Positions 1-12,100 of a stretch of 64,000 nucleotides of DNA are shown piece by piece. The position numbers and the translations under genes were made by a program. The notes under the pieces are model-generated. The model had not been told where the DNA came from and did not search any database. It worked only from the letters and a program-made list of their open reading frames with translations. How positions within the stretch are numbered: the first letter of the stretch is position 1; each line of letters starts with the position of its first letter. Where the stretch lies: positions 620,001 to 684,000 of the forward strand of contig QPMI01000039.1 in assembly GCA_004431415.1 (NCBI GenBank), in the 5' to 3' direction. Source of the stretch: Cyanophora paradoxa CCMP329. Its lineage: Eukaryota > Plantae > Glaucophyta.

Positions 1-354
1 GCGGCATCTTCGTGAATGAGAACGGGCGGGGCACGGTCGAGGGCAACGACGTCTACGGCAACGCGCTGGCGGGCATCGAGATCCGGGAGGGCTCGGACCC
101 CGTCTTCAAGGGCAACCGGTGCGCCCTGGAGCTCCTCTGTGCCTAGTCCCTCCACATCTCCTCCGCCCCTGACACCCGCCCCCCGCAGGGTGCACGACCA
201 GAAGTACGGGATCTGCGTGCGAGACGGCGGCAAGGGCACCATTTCTGGGAACACGCTCGAGCGCATCTCGGACCCGTCCTACGCGCCCTGCAGCGGCGTG
301 AAGGTCCTCGACGGCTGCACCCCGGCCGTGCAGGGGAACACGTTCCGCCAGTAG
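1..354 (+). CDS. 3' end of beta-helix repeat gene A, copy 1 (N-terminal module lies outside the window)
   Basis: Reads GIFVNENGRGTVEGNDVYGNALAGIEIREGSDPVFKGNR, then GT-AG intron 119-188, then VHDQKYGICVRDGGKGTISGNTLER...QGNTFRQ* (stop 352-354). The last exon matches the last exon of copy 3 (24017-24181). Confidence 0.9.
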
Positions 355-863
355 CGCTTGAATTGTGTTTGTCCTAGCTATGGTTGAATTGTGTGAAGTC
401 CTCCGGGCGCCGGCTCGAATCCAGGCAAGGCCGACTCGGAGAGAGCGAGCCCGATGCCAATCGCTATGGCGCGGATCGCGAACGACGTCGACGGCCGCGG
501 TCATGGCCGACGGCTGGAGAGGAGCACGCTGCAATACGCGGAATCGGCGGGGCCGCGAACTCCAAGCCGCCAGCGCACCCGGCCGATGAGAAGAGTCGCC
601 CGCGCCTCGACCTCGGAGCCCGGAGCCCCGCGGCGAGAGAGGACCGCAGATTCGGTCATATTTCCTATTTGCTAGTTTGTCAAGCGAGAGGCAGCGGTGG
701 CGTACGCGTGGTCGCCTGGCCGCGCCGCGGCCGGCGGGAGTGGCCGGCCATGGGCGGCCCTGGTCGCCTAGATCAGCCTAATTATAAGCCATCAGACGCC
801 GTTGCGGCAGCGCGCCTTGGCGCTGACGGTTCTGAACGCTGACAAGCATGGGCCAAGGTCGCG

Positions 864-1220
864 TCAGTCTGCGGTGGCGGCGGCACACACTTGGCCAAGT
901 CCACGACCGTCGTGGGCATCGGCTCCCGCGGCCAGCTTGAGCTGGGCGACACATTCGATGGTGCCTATGCGCCGCCTGCCGGCGCCTGGCCCCTCCGCCC
1001 CGCGCGCCGCCCCGCGCGCGCCTTGGCCCCCAGCATGACAACCGGGGACAGTACTAGTCTGCTGCGGTGCTGGCGGCGGCATGCACCTGGCAAAGTCCAC
1101 GACCATCGTGGGCATCGGCTCCCGCGGGCAGCTCGAGCTGGGCGACGCATCCGATGGTGCAATGCGCCGCCCCGCGCGCCGCCCCGCGCGCGTCTTGCAT
1201 TGGCCCCCGTGCCGCTAACA
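864..1220 (+). repeat. Imperfect ~185-bp tandem duplication upstream of gene B copy 1
   Basis: The motif AGTCTGC..GGTG..GGCGGCGGCA..CAC.TGG..AAGTCCACGACC.TCGTGGGCATCGGCTCCCGCGG occurs at ~866 and ~1055. Unit 2 has a partial second copy (13690-13810); unit 3 has a single copy. Confidence 0.7.
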
Positions 1221-4200
1221 TGGAGCGCGCGCCCTCTGCCTCAGTGTCGCCGAGCGACCACGAGGCGCGGAAAGAGAGCGCGCGGGGAGAGAAAGCCCCC
1301 GACGGCCCGGCCGCGAGCAAGTACAAGAGCCTCAGAAGGCGGCCCTCCTCGTGCGCTGCCCCGCAGTGCTCCGGCCCGCGCCGCCCGCGCCGCGCCGCGC
1401 CGCGCCGCGGCGGCCGACGGGCGCCCCGCGCCCCGCAGCATCGCGTTCCTCAAAGCCGAGCTCGGGAACATCAAGACGCTGCAGGGCGAGATCCGCCGCG
1501 TCATCGACGACCTGAGCCACGGTGCCTCGAGCTCGCGCGCGCGGGCGCGCGGGGCGTCGCAGCTAAAGCGACGCCGGGGTGGGGCGGGCAGACGCGGAGG
1601 GGGAGCGGGGCCTGGCGCTGGAGGTGGCGCAGGACGGCGTCCACGCCACCGCCGCCGTGGCGCAGGACGGCGTCCACGCCACCGCCGCCGTGGCGCAGGA
1701 CGGCGTCCACGCCACCGCCACCCTCCTGGGCGGACGGCCGGCGACGCGATGCGCGCCCTGCACGCGATCTGGAGGGGCGGGCGCAAGGTCCCCGCCCGCC
1801 CCCCTCGCCCCTCCCCCGCGCCCCCCGCGATGCGAGGCGCAGCGGGTCTTCGACCTGCTGGGCGGGGACGGCATGCTGTCTCTCTTTCAGATGGCCCGCG
1901 AGGCCTCCCGCGTGCGTCCGGCGGCGCTCGAACCCGCAGGGGGCCGCTTTCTTTCTCTCTGTCCTTAAGAGGCCGCCCGCAGGTGGAGGTGATGGAGAAG
2001 GCGTACAACCTCATCGCCTGCCTGGCCCAGGCGCTTGCTCTCCTCCCCTTGCTACTCCGCCGCCGCCCCCCTCTCACAGCTTCCCGCCGCAGTGGCCGGC
2101 GCTGCGGGAGGCGTTCGCGGCGGGGAACTACCACGCGATGGCCCTCGCAGACCTGCGCAACCCCATGCGCCAGAACAAATACGCGCGCCCCGTACCCCTC
2201 CCGCCCCGCCCCCTTCCCCTGGGCGCCCGCCTGACGCGCCCGGCCCGCAGCGCCGCTCCCCCGCCCGCGTTCTCATGGGCCTCGCCCAGCACGGTCCGCT
2301 TCGCGTACCCCCCTCCGACCCCGCGTACCCCCTTCGATCCCTCCCCCACCGCAGCGCCCATCCACGCGCGGCTCGCCGACGATCGCGCCCTCTCCGCCGC
2401 CGTCTCCCTCTCCATGTACCCCCCTCCCCCCCCTCCCCGCCCCTCTGCTCTCCCTGATCCTTCCTCCCCCCAAGGCACCCCGAGCAGGACCTGGTGGGGT
2501 ACGGCCTCCGCGCGATGATCGGCTTCATGCAGGGGACGCGTGCGCCGCTTGCTTCCCCCCCCTCCCACCCACCCCCTCGTACCCCCCTGACCCCGCCTCC
2601 GGCAGCGTCGTTCCGGCAGAAGCTGGCGTGCGACATGGCGCACGTCGCCCGCCTCGCCGCCTCCCGCGACCGCGCCGAGGCCCCCCTCGTCGCCCCGGGT
2701 ACCCGAGCCCCTCGGCCAGGGCCGGCCGGCCTCCTCCGGCGGGAGCTGACGCCGGGCCGGCGGGCAGCGCTGCGGTGCGTGCGGCTGGCGGCGATGGACA
2801 CGGGCGAGGTGGTGTCGCGCGACTGGATCGACCTCCAGAAGGAGCAGGAGGCAGCGATCCCGGGCCTCAAGGTGCGCGGCGGCGGGGGCTCTGGCCGCGC
2901 GGGGGCGGCGCGGTTCGGGGCGCCCGGCGCTCCGGATGCGCGGCGGGGCGCCTGATCCGATTCGATTCGATCTCATCTGATCCGATCTGAGCTCACCTGA
3001 TCCGCAGGAGCTGGGCCTCGCGGAGCAGTCCCTCCGCAAGGAGCTCGCGGCCCTCAACGGTGCGGTACCCCCCCAGGGGGGGGGAGGGCGGCTCTGAAGG
3101 GTCCCTCGCTCTCCCCCGCACGCAGGCGAGCGGGCGGTGGCGCGACTCTTCTCCGACAGCGACCGCATCTACTCCATGATCCAGGCGAGCGATAGAGCCA
3201 GCGGGCGACCGTTCCTCCGCCCCGTTCTCCCGCCCCCTCACGCCTGCGCCTCAGATCGTGGCGGGGGTGGGCCCCGCGTGGGCCGACGAGGGCGACGAGG
3301 CCCTCGCCTCCGGCGGCCGCTGGGCCCCCGTGCGCCCCCCGCCCCGCGCGAGATCGAATCCGACTGCTCGGGCGGCCGCTCACGCGCGGGGCGGGCGCAG
3401 AGCGCCGACGCGACGTACGTCCTCGCGACCGTCACCGCCCTCGGCGCGCCCCGCCCGCCCCTCCTCCCCCTCCCAGGCCCCCCGCCCTCTTCTGAGAGCG
3501 CCCCGCCCCGCCCGCCCGCCCCGCCGGCCCCGCAGACGCCGGCCTGAAGCTGCTGCTCCGGAACACCACCGCCTGCTCCATGGTCCAGGTGCCCCGGGCG
3601 GCCACACAGGCTCTCTTCCTCGGGCCCGCCCGCCTCACGCCCCGCCCCAGGCCGCGTGCGCCTCGGAGCTCGAGCCGCTGCGGGAGCGCTGCATCGCGGC
3701 GACGCGCTGCATCGAGCGCGGCGTGGCCGCCGCCTTCGCCGACCCCGACGCCTCTGCCGACGCCTCCGCCACTGAGGTGGCCCCGCCCCGCCCGATGGAT
3801 GCCACCGCCCCACGCTCCGCGCCTCACGCGCCGGCGCCGCCTCAGGTGAAGCCGATCGAGCCGGGGGCCCCCGAGAACATCCGCAGCGTCGACAGCGACG
3901 AGCTCGAGGCGCGCCCTTCAGAGTCTCCTCTGTCTTTGTCTCTCGCGGCGTCTTACGCTCTGATCTTCTTTGCAGGCGCGGCGCGCGGCGTCGATGCGGC
4001 GGCGCTCGATGACGGGCGCCAGCGGGCGGCGCGGGAGCCTCACCGGCGCCGGCGGGAGCGCCGGCCCCGGGCCGAGCGCCATACCCCCCTGGGTCGCGGG
4101 CCCCGGCGCCGGCCTCAGCAGCGTCGACTCGAAGGACTCGCTCGCCACCGTCACGTCGGCGCACGTGCGTACCCCCCTCCCCGCCCCCGCCCGGGGCCGC

Positions 4201-6916
4201 GCTGACGCGCCCGCTCAGTCCGTGGCGACGGTGGGGCAGCTGAGCCGCCGCGGGAGCGGGACCGTCAGCCACGTGCGCCCGTCCCGCCCCTTGGACTCTT
4301 TCTCGCCTTATCCGATCGGGGCGCAGGTCTGGGCAGACGCGCTGCGGCACGCCCACGAGGGCGAGCGCGACTCGCCCGCCTCGGAGCGCTCCGCTGGGGC
4401 TGCCACGAGCCACCGCCGCCTCTCGCTCGCGGCGGCGGCACCGCAGCACCGCTCCTCCGCCCGCTTCGCCGCCGCTTCCCACGGGGAGGGCCCCGACGAC
4501 GAGGCGGCGGGGGGCGCGCGGCTCGCGCGCTCCCTCAGCGTCCGGCGGGACTCGGCGCGCGAGGGCCCTGCGCACTCCCCGCAGCGCCGGCCCTCCCTCG
4601 CCCCCGCCGACCCCGCCGCCCTCCCGCCGCGTGGGGCGAGCAGGGCGCGCCCCCCGTCGCCTGGGGCGCACCCGCCCCCGGCCCCGCCCTCGCCTCGGTG
4701 AGAGCGGTACCCCTCCGACGGCCGAGCGAGGCTGAGGCGCCTGTATCCCCGCAGAACTGGGGCCGCCGCCCTAGCGCCGACATGGCGCACGGCAGCCTTA
4801 CCGCCGCCGACTTCCACGTGCATTCTCCTGTACCCCCCGCCCCGCCCGCAGTCTATTTATAGCGCGCGGCAGGCGGCGCAGGCGGCGGCGATCGCGGCGA
4901 CGATGGCGGCCCTGGGCCTACCCCCCGGCGCCCCCCCCCCCTCCTGTCCCTCCCCGTACCCCTCCCCGTACCCTCCCCGTCCCCGGCGCCCCTCTTTCCG
5001 TCCCCGGCGCGCCCCTCCCCCTCCCCGGAGCCCTCCTACCAGCCCCCGTTTCCCCTCAGCATCCCCCTCCCGTACCCCCGTCCGCCTTCTCCCCCCACGC
5101 CGCCGTCTTCGACGCTGCAGCACAGGTACCCCCGCGCCCACTCTCCGATGCTGGGGCAGCCGCTGATCCGCCCGTACCCCCCAGGGACGGGTACACCAGC
5201 ACCGGCACTCGCTGCCGGACCCGTCCCTGCCGGCGCCGGCGGAGGACGCGCCCCAGGACCCCCAGGCCTTCGCCGCCCCTACCCCCGCGCCGGGCCGCGG
5301 GCTGCCCCCCGCCGACTTCTTCCAGCCCGGGACCACATCCTCCGTGCGCGTACCCCCCTCGGCCCCGGCGCCGGCCTCACCGCCCCCCTTCGCCGGTGCA
5401 GAAGCGGGTGCGGAAGCCGAGCCTGTCGGAGGACGGGAGCCCTGCGACGGCGTCGGCGGCGGCGGCGGCGCTGGCGGCGGTGGGGCACCCGCACCCCGTG
5501 CCCCGCATCCACACCCCGGGCTTCCGCTCGGGCTCCATCAGCATCCGCCCCCCGGTGCCCTGCTGTGCTGCTCGCGATGCCCGCCGGGGCGCCGGCGTCT
5601 GATTCGCCGCAGGAGGACCGCCGGGCGAGCAGCTCGTCGCAGGGGAGCGCGGGGGCGGAGGAGGAGGAGCAGAGGGGGCAGCGCGGAGGGGCCAAGGAGG
5701 CCGCCTCGCCCCCGCTGCACACGGCGCCGGCGCCGGCGCCGCCCGGGGCCGTGCCGTCGTCGTCGACGCTGTCGCCGCCAGCCTCGGGCTTCCCCACCGG
5801 CGCCGGCCTCTCGCAGCGCTCCGAGGGCGACACGTCGCGCCCCGCCACCGTGCGCCCCGAAGCCTCGAGGGCCGCTCGGGCGAGGACCTGAGGCGCCGCA
5901 GGGCCGGAGGCCGAGCATAAGCGCCGCGGGCAACGAGCAGCCGTCCTCCCGTCCCCCGAACGTGCGCGGCCTCGCACATGTACCCCCGCCCCGCCCCGAG
6001 CAGCGCCTGAGGCCGCCTTTGCGGGCCGCGCAGAGCCGGCGGCCGAGCGTGAGCGTCGCCGAGCCCGCCAAGGAGGAGCCGGTGAGCATCCTGAAGACAT
6101 CCAAGGTACTGTACCCCGGGGGCTGGGCTTCGGCACGGTACCCCCCTGACGCCCGGGGGTAGAGCTTCAAGGCGAAGTCGTTCCGGTCGCGCTCCGTCTC
6201 CATCGACCCCGCCGCCCTCCCCGTGCGCCCCGTACCCCCCTCGCTCCCCCCCCCCCTGTTTTCGAGCCCGCCCCGCGCAGAAGCTGGACGACGACGCGGC
6301 GGCGGCGGCGGGGGGCCCCGAGACGGGCCGCCTCAGCTCGCGCCGGGCCAGCATGCCGGCGGCCGGCGGGGCCGCGGACGGCGCGGGGGTACGGCCGCCG
6401 CGGCCAGCAGCCTCTGGATCCGGCGGGGAAGGAGCCCGAGCCCGCGCCGGTGCGCCCCGCGCCCCCGCCCCCCGTACCCCCCGCCGGGCCTGAGGTTGGA
6501 TCCGCAGGAGGCGGCGCCGGAGGGCCCGGACCCGGCGGTCTTCGCGGCGAGCCTCTCGCAGCGGCTGCGGGCGGCGGCGGGGGCGGCGGGGCGCTGGCCG
6601 AGGCGGGCGGGCGGCGGGCGGCCCCGGGGCGCTGCCGCTGCTCGCCCGCGTCGACGCCCACGCCGACGCCCGCGCCGCCGCCATGCAGCCGCCGCCGCCG
6701 CCGCCCCAGGCCGCCTCGTCCCTAGGCCTGCTCCCCTCCTCCCGCCGTCAGTCCTTCTCCCTCCCGCCCCCCCTGCCCATGATGTACCCCCTCCCGACCG
6801 CCGCGCCCATGGCGGTGCCGTACCCCGCGGCGCTCGCGGCGGGCTTCGTGCCGCCCCTGCCCCCGATGCCGCCGCCCCCCCAATTCCTCCCGCACGCGTA
6901 CGCCCCTCACGCGTAG
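1220..6916 (+). CDS. Gene B copy 1: helical (ARM-like) protein with long Ser/Arg/Pro-rich tail; internally rearranged, possibly a pseudogene
   Basis: Multi-exon paralog of 13988-19973 (MERAPSASVSPSDH..., IAFLKAELGNIKTLQGEIRRVIDDLSH, VEVMEKAYNLIACLAQ, ...QFLPHAYAPHA*). Carries a 33-bp triplication, an apparent frameshift near 1730 and a 256-bp two-exon deletion. Confidence 0.65.
1624..1720 (+). repeat. 33-bp coding tandem repeat x3 (VAQDGVHATAA)
   Basis: GTGGCGCAGGACGGCGTCCACGCCACCGCCGCC starts at 1624, 1657 and 1690; only a single VAQDGVH is present in copy 2. Confidence 0.9.
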
Positions 6917-8679
6917 TTGGCCATACAAGCGCTTGGCCGTGAGCAGCATGCTGAGTTTCCCTCTTTTCGAATCACTTTCTTTTCTCTACTAAAGTTATCC
7001 ATAGTAGTCATATTTTACACGCCGTGGCGCTATGAATTAGTGTACGTACTTAGCTTCGACGTTAACAAGTAATGCGTAATGTATGCAATAAAGTAACAGC
7101 TCTAGATCTAGATCTGGATTTCAATTTGAACAGACGACCACGGGCGGCTTGAAAGAACTGCATGCGCATGTGGATCAAATTACTCGAGAGAGAGACGAGA
7201 GAGACGAGAGAGACGCAAGATCGAGAGACGCTGCCGCGCGCCGCCGGGGCCCGGCCCCGAAGAACTCCGGGGCCCGGCTTGAACCCGGGGCCCCATCTCC
7301 GGGCGCCGGGGTCGGCGCAAGATCGAGAGGCGCCCGCGCGCGCCGCCGGCGCCCCAGGCGCCGGCCGCGGGCGCGGCCCCCGCGCGCCTGCCGCGAGCCG
7401 ACGCGGCCGGCGCCCCCTTAGGTCCCGCCCATCGAGTCGAGCTCGAGACCGGCCGGCCGCAGCCGCGCCCGCCCGTTCCGCAGCGCCCCCGCCCCGCCCC
7501 GCCCCCTCCTCTGAGGAGAGGATGAGCCCGGGGCCGGACCCGGCCGAGGGCGCGGAGGAGGAGGGGGCGGGGGCGCGCGGGCGCCGGCGCGGCCCCCGCG
7601 CTCCCCTCCGCCGGCCGGGGCGGTCCTGGGGCGGGCCTTCGGGGCAGAGGATCCGGAGGACGGAGTGGCGGGGGCCTGGCTCCACTGAATCGGCGCCGCC
7701 AGAGCGCGAGGGCGCGCGGCGGAGGCGCCGGCGCCGCGGAGGTCTCCGGGCCGTCCTGCCGCCCCGCGGGGAGGCCTAGGGGCGACCGCTGTTCTCCGCG
7801 CACGCGGCGCCGGCACCGATCGGCTTCACCTGCCGCCACGTCGCGACGGAACGCAGCGACGGCGCAACGACCCGTGCGCCTGCGCTGGAGGCGGCGGCCG
7901 GGGCCGAGACCCGAGGGCGGGGGCGAAGCCGGAATGGCGGAAGGGGGGGGGCTGGAAGGGCCGCCGCCCGCCGCCTGCGCCGCCGCCTGCGCCGCCCGCT
8001 CCGCTGAAGGCGGGCCCGGGGCGCGGGGTACGGGAGGGCGCACGCGCTCGGCCGGACCGCCGGGCCGGGCTCGGCCCCGCGCACCTGCGCCGCAGCGCCC
8101 CGAAGCGCGCGAGCGGGTGCGGTCCGACGCGGGACCGCGCATTGCCGCCGGCACGCCGATTCGGTGCGGGGCCCTCGGCAGCCGGCCGCGGCAGCTGAAG
8201 GCAACGCGGGCCTCTTCTCCCGGCTGGCGGGAGTGAGTCTGGCTGGCCATGGCCGGCCGCTGCAGCTGAGAGTGAGCCGCTGCGAGTCTGGCTGGCCGGC
8301 CGCGGCAGCTGAGAGTGCGCCGCCGGCTCTCGGACGCACCGATCGACCTCCAACTATGGAAGCTCGTCCTGGCGGCGAGCGCGCGGGGCCTGGAACGCGG
8401 CGGCGAGCGCGCGGGGCCTGCGCAGGGGCCGCAAAAGCCGCTTCGTCGCCCTCGGCTCCGGCCCGCGGCCGCGCGGCCATGGCCACCCTAGGCCCGGCCT
8501 GTGCGGCGGCGGTGGGTTGACAGCTCCGAAACGCGGCTAAACGTTGGCAGCTCCTCGAGCTGCCGCAGCGCGCCCGGCGGCCCGCGAACACTGCGCGGAG
8601 AAGGCCACTGCGCGGATCGGGCTGGGCTCGGCCTTCTGGGGGAGAGGCTGCGGCTACTGCGAGAATTGAAATCAACGCC

Positions 8680-8785
8680 GCAGCGCTGCGCGAGGCCTCC
8701 GATCCAGCCTCCAGCGGGCCGGCCCTCGGCTTGGACTCTGGCCACTTGGAGGCTTGAAGTCGCAGGGGGTAGAGGGCGGTTGCGG
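8680..8785 (+). repeat. Dispersed ~100-bp repeat (also at ~21055-21120 on + and ~31815-31902 on -)
   Basis: The motif CGCTGCGCGAGGCCT.CAGCGG...GCCCTCG.CTT.GA.TC....CTT.GAGGCTTG is present in all three places; the third copy is inverted and outside the duplication. Confidence 0.6.
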
Positions 8786-9167
8786 ATTGATCGCAACTGC
8801 CACGGCTCCCTGGGCCCTTCCACGCGGCGGAGGCGCGTGCGGCGGGTCATTCGAGCGCGGGTGCATCCGTACCGGTGCGCACAGCCGAGCGAATCACCAA
8901 GGCCGAAGTTTCATTAGCGTATTCATGTTTCGTGTTCTCTTTCCGGCAGAACGAACGAGCTTGGCTCTCCTCTAAGCGGCTGGCCGTCTTTGGCAGGCCG
9001 GGGCCGCCACGACCGAGATCCGGTCATCGGCCACCCCGCACACGCCTAGCTTCTTCTTGTGAAGGTGCAAGCGTCCCGTAAATTCGTCTAATTAGCGACT
9101 GCAGCTGACGCGTATGGGTTAGCTTGGCTTCCGATAGCCGGCGGCGGCGCCCTTGCAATCAAGCTCA

Positions 9168-12100
9168 ATGGACTTCCTCGGGACGCTGCAGGGCATCATC
9201 GACGTGCGCCCGCAGCTGCGCCGCTGATCATGATCATGATCACATGTACAGGCACTGATCAGATCCCCGTGCGCGGCGCCGCGGCCGGCAGGTTGCGCTG
9301 CGGATCAAGGAGCAGGCGGACGCCGCGAAGGCGAACCGCGCGAAGTGCTCCCGCCTCGCCCGCCGCGTGGCCGACCTCGCCCCGGCCCTGAAGCGTGCGC
9401 GCGCCGCGCGCCGCTGCCGCGGCCGTCTGGTCGACTTGGCTGACGCGCGCGCGCAGAGGTGAAGGCGCGGGGGGCGCCGAAGGCGGGGACGCGGGAGGCG
9501 GAGGCGGCGGAGGGGGCGGCGGGGAGCCTGCTGCAGGCGGCGCGGGAGGCGGAGGCGCTGGTGGCGAAGTTCGGCGGGCGCGGCTTCATGATGCGCTTCA
9601 TCAAGGCGGGGGACGACGCCGCGGCCTTCGAGGAGGCCCACTTCGCCATCGACCGCGCCTGCGCGACCCTCACCGCCTGCACCCTCGTCAAGGCCCGCAC
9701 CACCGCCGCCCGCTCCCTTCCTTAAGCTCCCTTGACGTGGCGGACGGGCCGGGCAGGTGGAGGCGGCGGCGGCGACGGCGGCGGAGCGGGCGGAGGACGA
9801 GCGGGAGGACCGGCGCGCCATGCAGAAGCTCCTCGCCGACTTCCAGGCCTCCTTCGGCGACTTCCGGTGCCCGGCCCCGCCTCCCCTGCCGCCCCGCCCC
9901 GCCGCGCCCCGCCCGAGCGGCGTCCCGGGCCGGGGGCGCAGGGAGGAGTACCGGCAGGACCAGCAGGAGCTGGTGGACGCGCTGCGCGGGCTGCGGCTGC
10001 AGGGGCAGACGACGGGCGACGGCGAGCTCCGGGGCCGCCTCGGCGCCATCGAGGGCCTCCTCCGCCAGCTCGCCGGTCCCGCCCGCGCCTTCTTCACGCT
10101 CCAAAGCCTTACGGCCTCGCAATCTGACGACCCCGCAGAGGGCCGCCCAGCGTCCGCGCCGCCGGCGCCGCCGCAGCGGCCCGTGCGCGTCTCGGGGGCG
10201 GTCGGGCCGAGCCTCATCCGCGACAGCGAGCTTCAGGCCCGCCCGGCGCCCCGGCGCCCCGGCGCGCCCACAAAGGCGGCGGCGGCGCCTCCTGACAGCC
10301 CGGCGCGCAGGTGCGGTGGAAGGAGCGGCCGCTGGGAGAGGGCGCCATGGGCCGCGTCTTCCGCGGCGACTGGCTCGGCCTTCCCGTCGCCGTCAAGAAG
10401 GCCCGCCCCGCCCCGCCGCATCGAGACGGGCGGCGCGCCGAGCGGGGCGGGGGCGGGGGCGTAGGTCACGGTGGGGATGAGCGAGGCGGCGCGGCGCGAG
10501 GTGGACCGCGAGTGCGCCGTGCACGCCGCCCTCCGCCACCCCAACATACTCCAGGCCCGCCCCCGCCCGCCCCCTCCCGCCCTCGTCCGCCGCGATTAGA
10601 TGCCGGCGCGGCGGCAGTTCTACGGGGCGTGCGTGCGGACGAGCGAGGAGGAGGAGGACAGCGTGCTGATCGTGACGGAGCTCGCCGAGGGGGGCACCCT
10701 CGCCGACCACGTCCGCTCGCCGGCCTTCCGGCGGCTGCCGCCGGCCGAGCGGGCGGCCCTCCTGCTCCCCGTCGCCCGCGCCCTCCAGTACATGGCCTCC
10801 CGCGCCAACCCCATCGCCCACGGTCCGCGCCGCCCGACCCCACGCGCGATGCGCTGCGGCCGAGCCTCGGGGGGGCGGCGGGGGCGCAGGGGACCTGAAG
10901 CCGGCGAACGTGCTGATGGTGGGGGCGGCCCCGAAGCTCGCCGACTTCGGCCTCTCGCGCCTGCGGGTGGAGACGCTGCGCTCCCGCACCTCCGTCGGGG
11001 GCACCCCCAACTACGGCCCCCCCGTGCGCCCCGCGGCACTCGCCTGCACCGCCCCGCCGCTCCGAGCACGGGCGCCCACGCCGGGCCGCGCAGGAGCTCT
11101 GGTCGCCGGGCTTCTTCCCGAGCGAGGCGGCCGACGTCTTTGCCTTCGGCTACCTCCTCTGGGTCCGCCCCGCCCCGGCCCGCCGCCGCCGGCTTCTCAG
11201 CTCCAGGCGGGGCGACAGGAGGCGCTGAGCGGGGAGGAGCCGTGGGCGGGCCTCCTCCCGCAGCAGGTCCTCAAGCTCGTCTGCCAGGAGCGCCGGCGGC
11301 CGGCCGTGGACGCTTCGTGGCCGCCCCCGCTGCGCGCCCTGCTCGCCGCCTGCTGGGAGGAGGATCCGGCCCGCCGCCCGCCGTTCGCCCGCGTCGTGCA
11401 GGCGCGTGGGAGGCGATCGCCGCCACTTGCAAGCCGCCGCAAGGGGGCGATGCATATGCGGGACTGATGCTGGGCGACAACGCTGCGCGCAGCTGCTGGC
11501 GGCAGCGACGGAGGAGCCGGCGCCGCGCCCGAGCCCCGCGGCCTCAAGCCCCCTTCCTGTGTGCCTTTGCCCCTTTGCTTGGCTCAGCAATCCCGCCCTG
11601 AGGCCCCGCAGGAGCTGAGCGTGCGGCCGGGGGAGAGCGTCGCGGCCGCCGTGGCGCGGGCCGCCCCGGGGCAGACCGTCCGCATCCAGCCCGGCCGGCG
11701 CGCCCCGTCCCCGGCCCCGAGCCGCGCCTCGGGCCGACCCGGCCCCGCAGGTACGAGGAGCAGCTGGTGCTGGACAAGGCGGTGCACGTCGTCGGGCCGC
11801 GGGAGGCCGTCCTCAAGTGGGACCAGGGCCCTGCCACAGTGCACTGCAAGGGCCCCGCGGCGCCGAGCGTCAAGGGCATCACGATCCGCAACACTGCGCC
11901 AAAGAAGTCTGCGGTGTGGATCACGGACGGGAGCCGGGCGGTCGTGGAGGGCTGCGACGTGTCCAGCGCGGGCCTCAACGGCATCGATGTCAAAGACGAG
12001 GGGACGGCCCCGACGCTGCGCGGTGGGCGCCCCGCCCCCGCCCCCTGCCCTCCGTTTGACCGATTCCGTGCTGCGCAGGGAACGCGGTGCACGACTGCGG

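Noticed and set aside
400-860. Conserved ORF-like block downstream of each A gene
   Set aside because: Conservation is explained by the duplication; frames and stops differ between copies and no protein motif is recognisable.
7130-8650. Possible gene in the GC-rich spacer (and 20200-21300)
   Set aside because: No consistent exon chain or codon bias; the two spacer copies differ by many frame-breaking indels.
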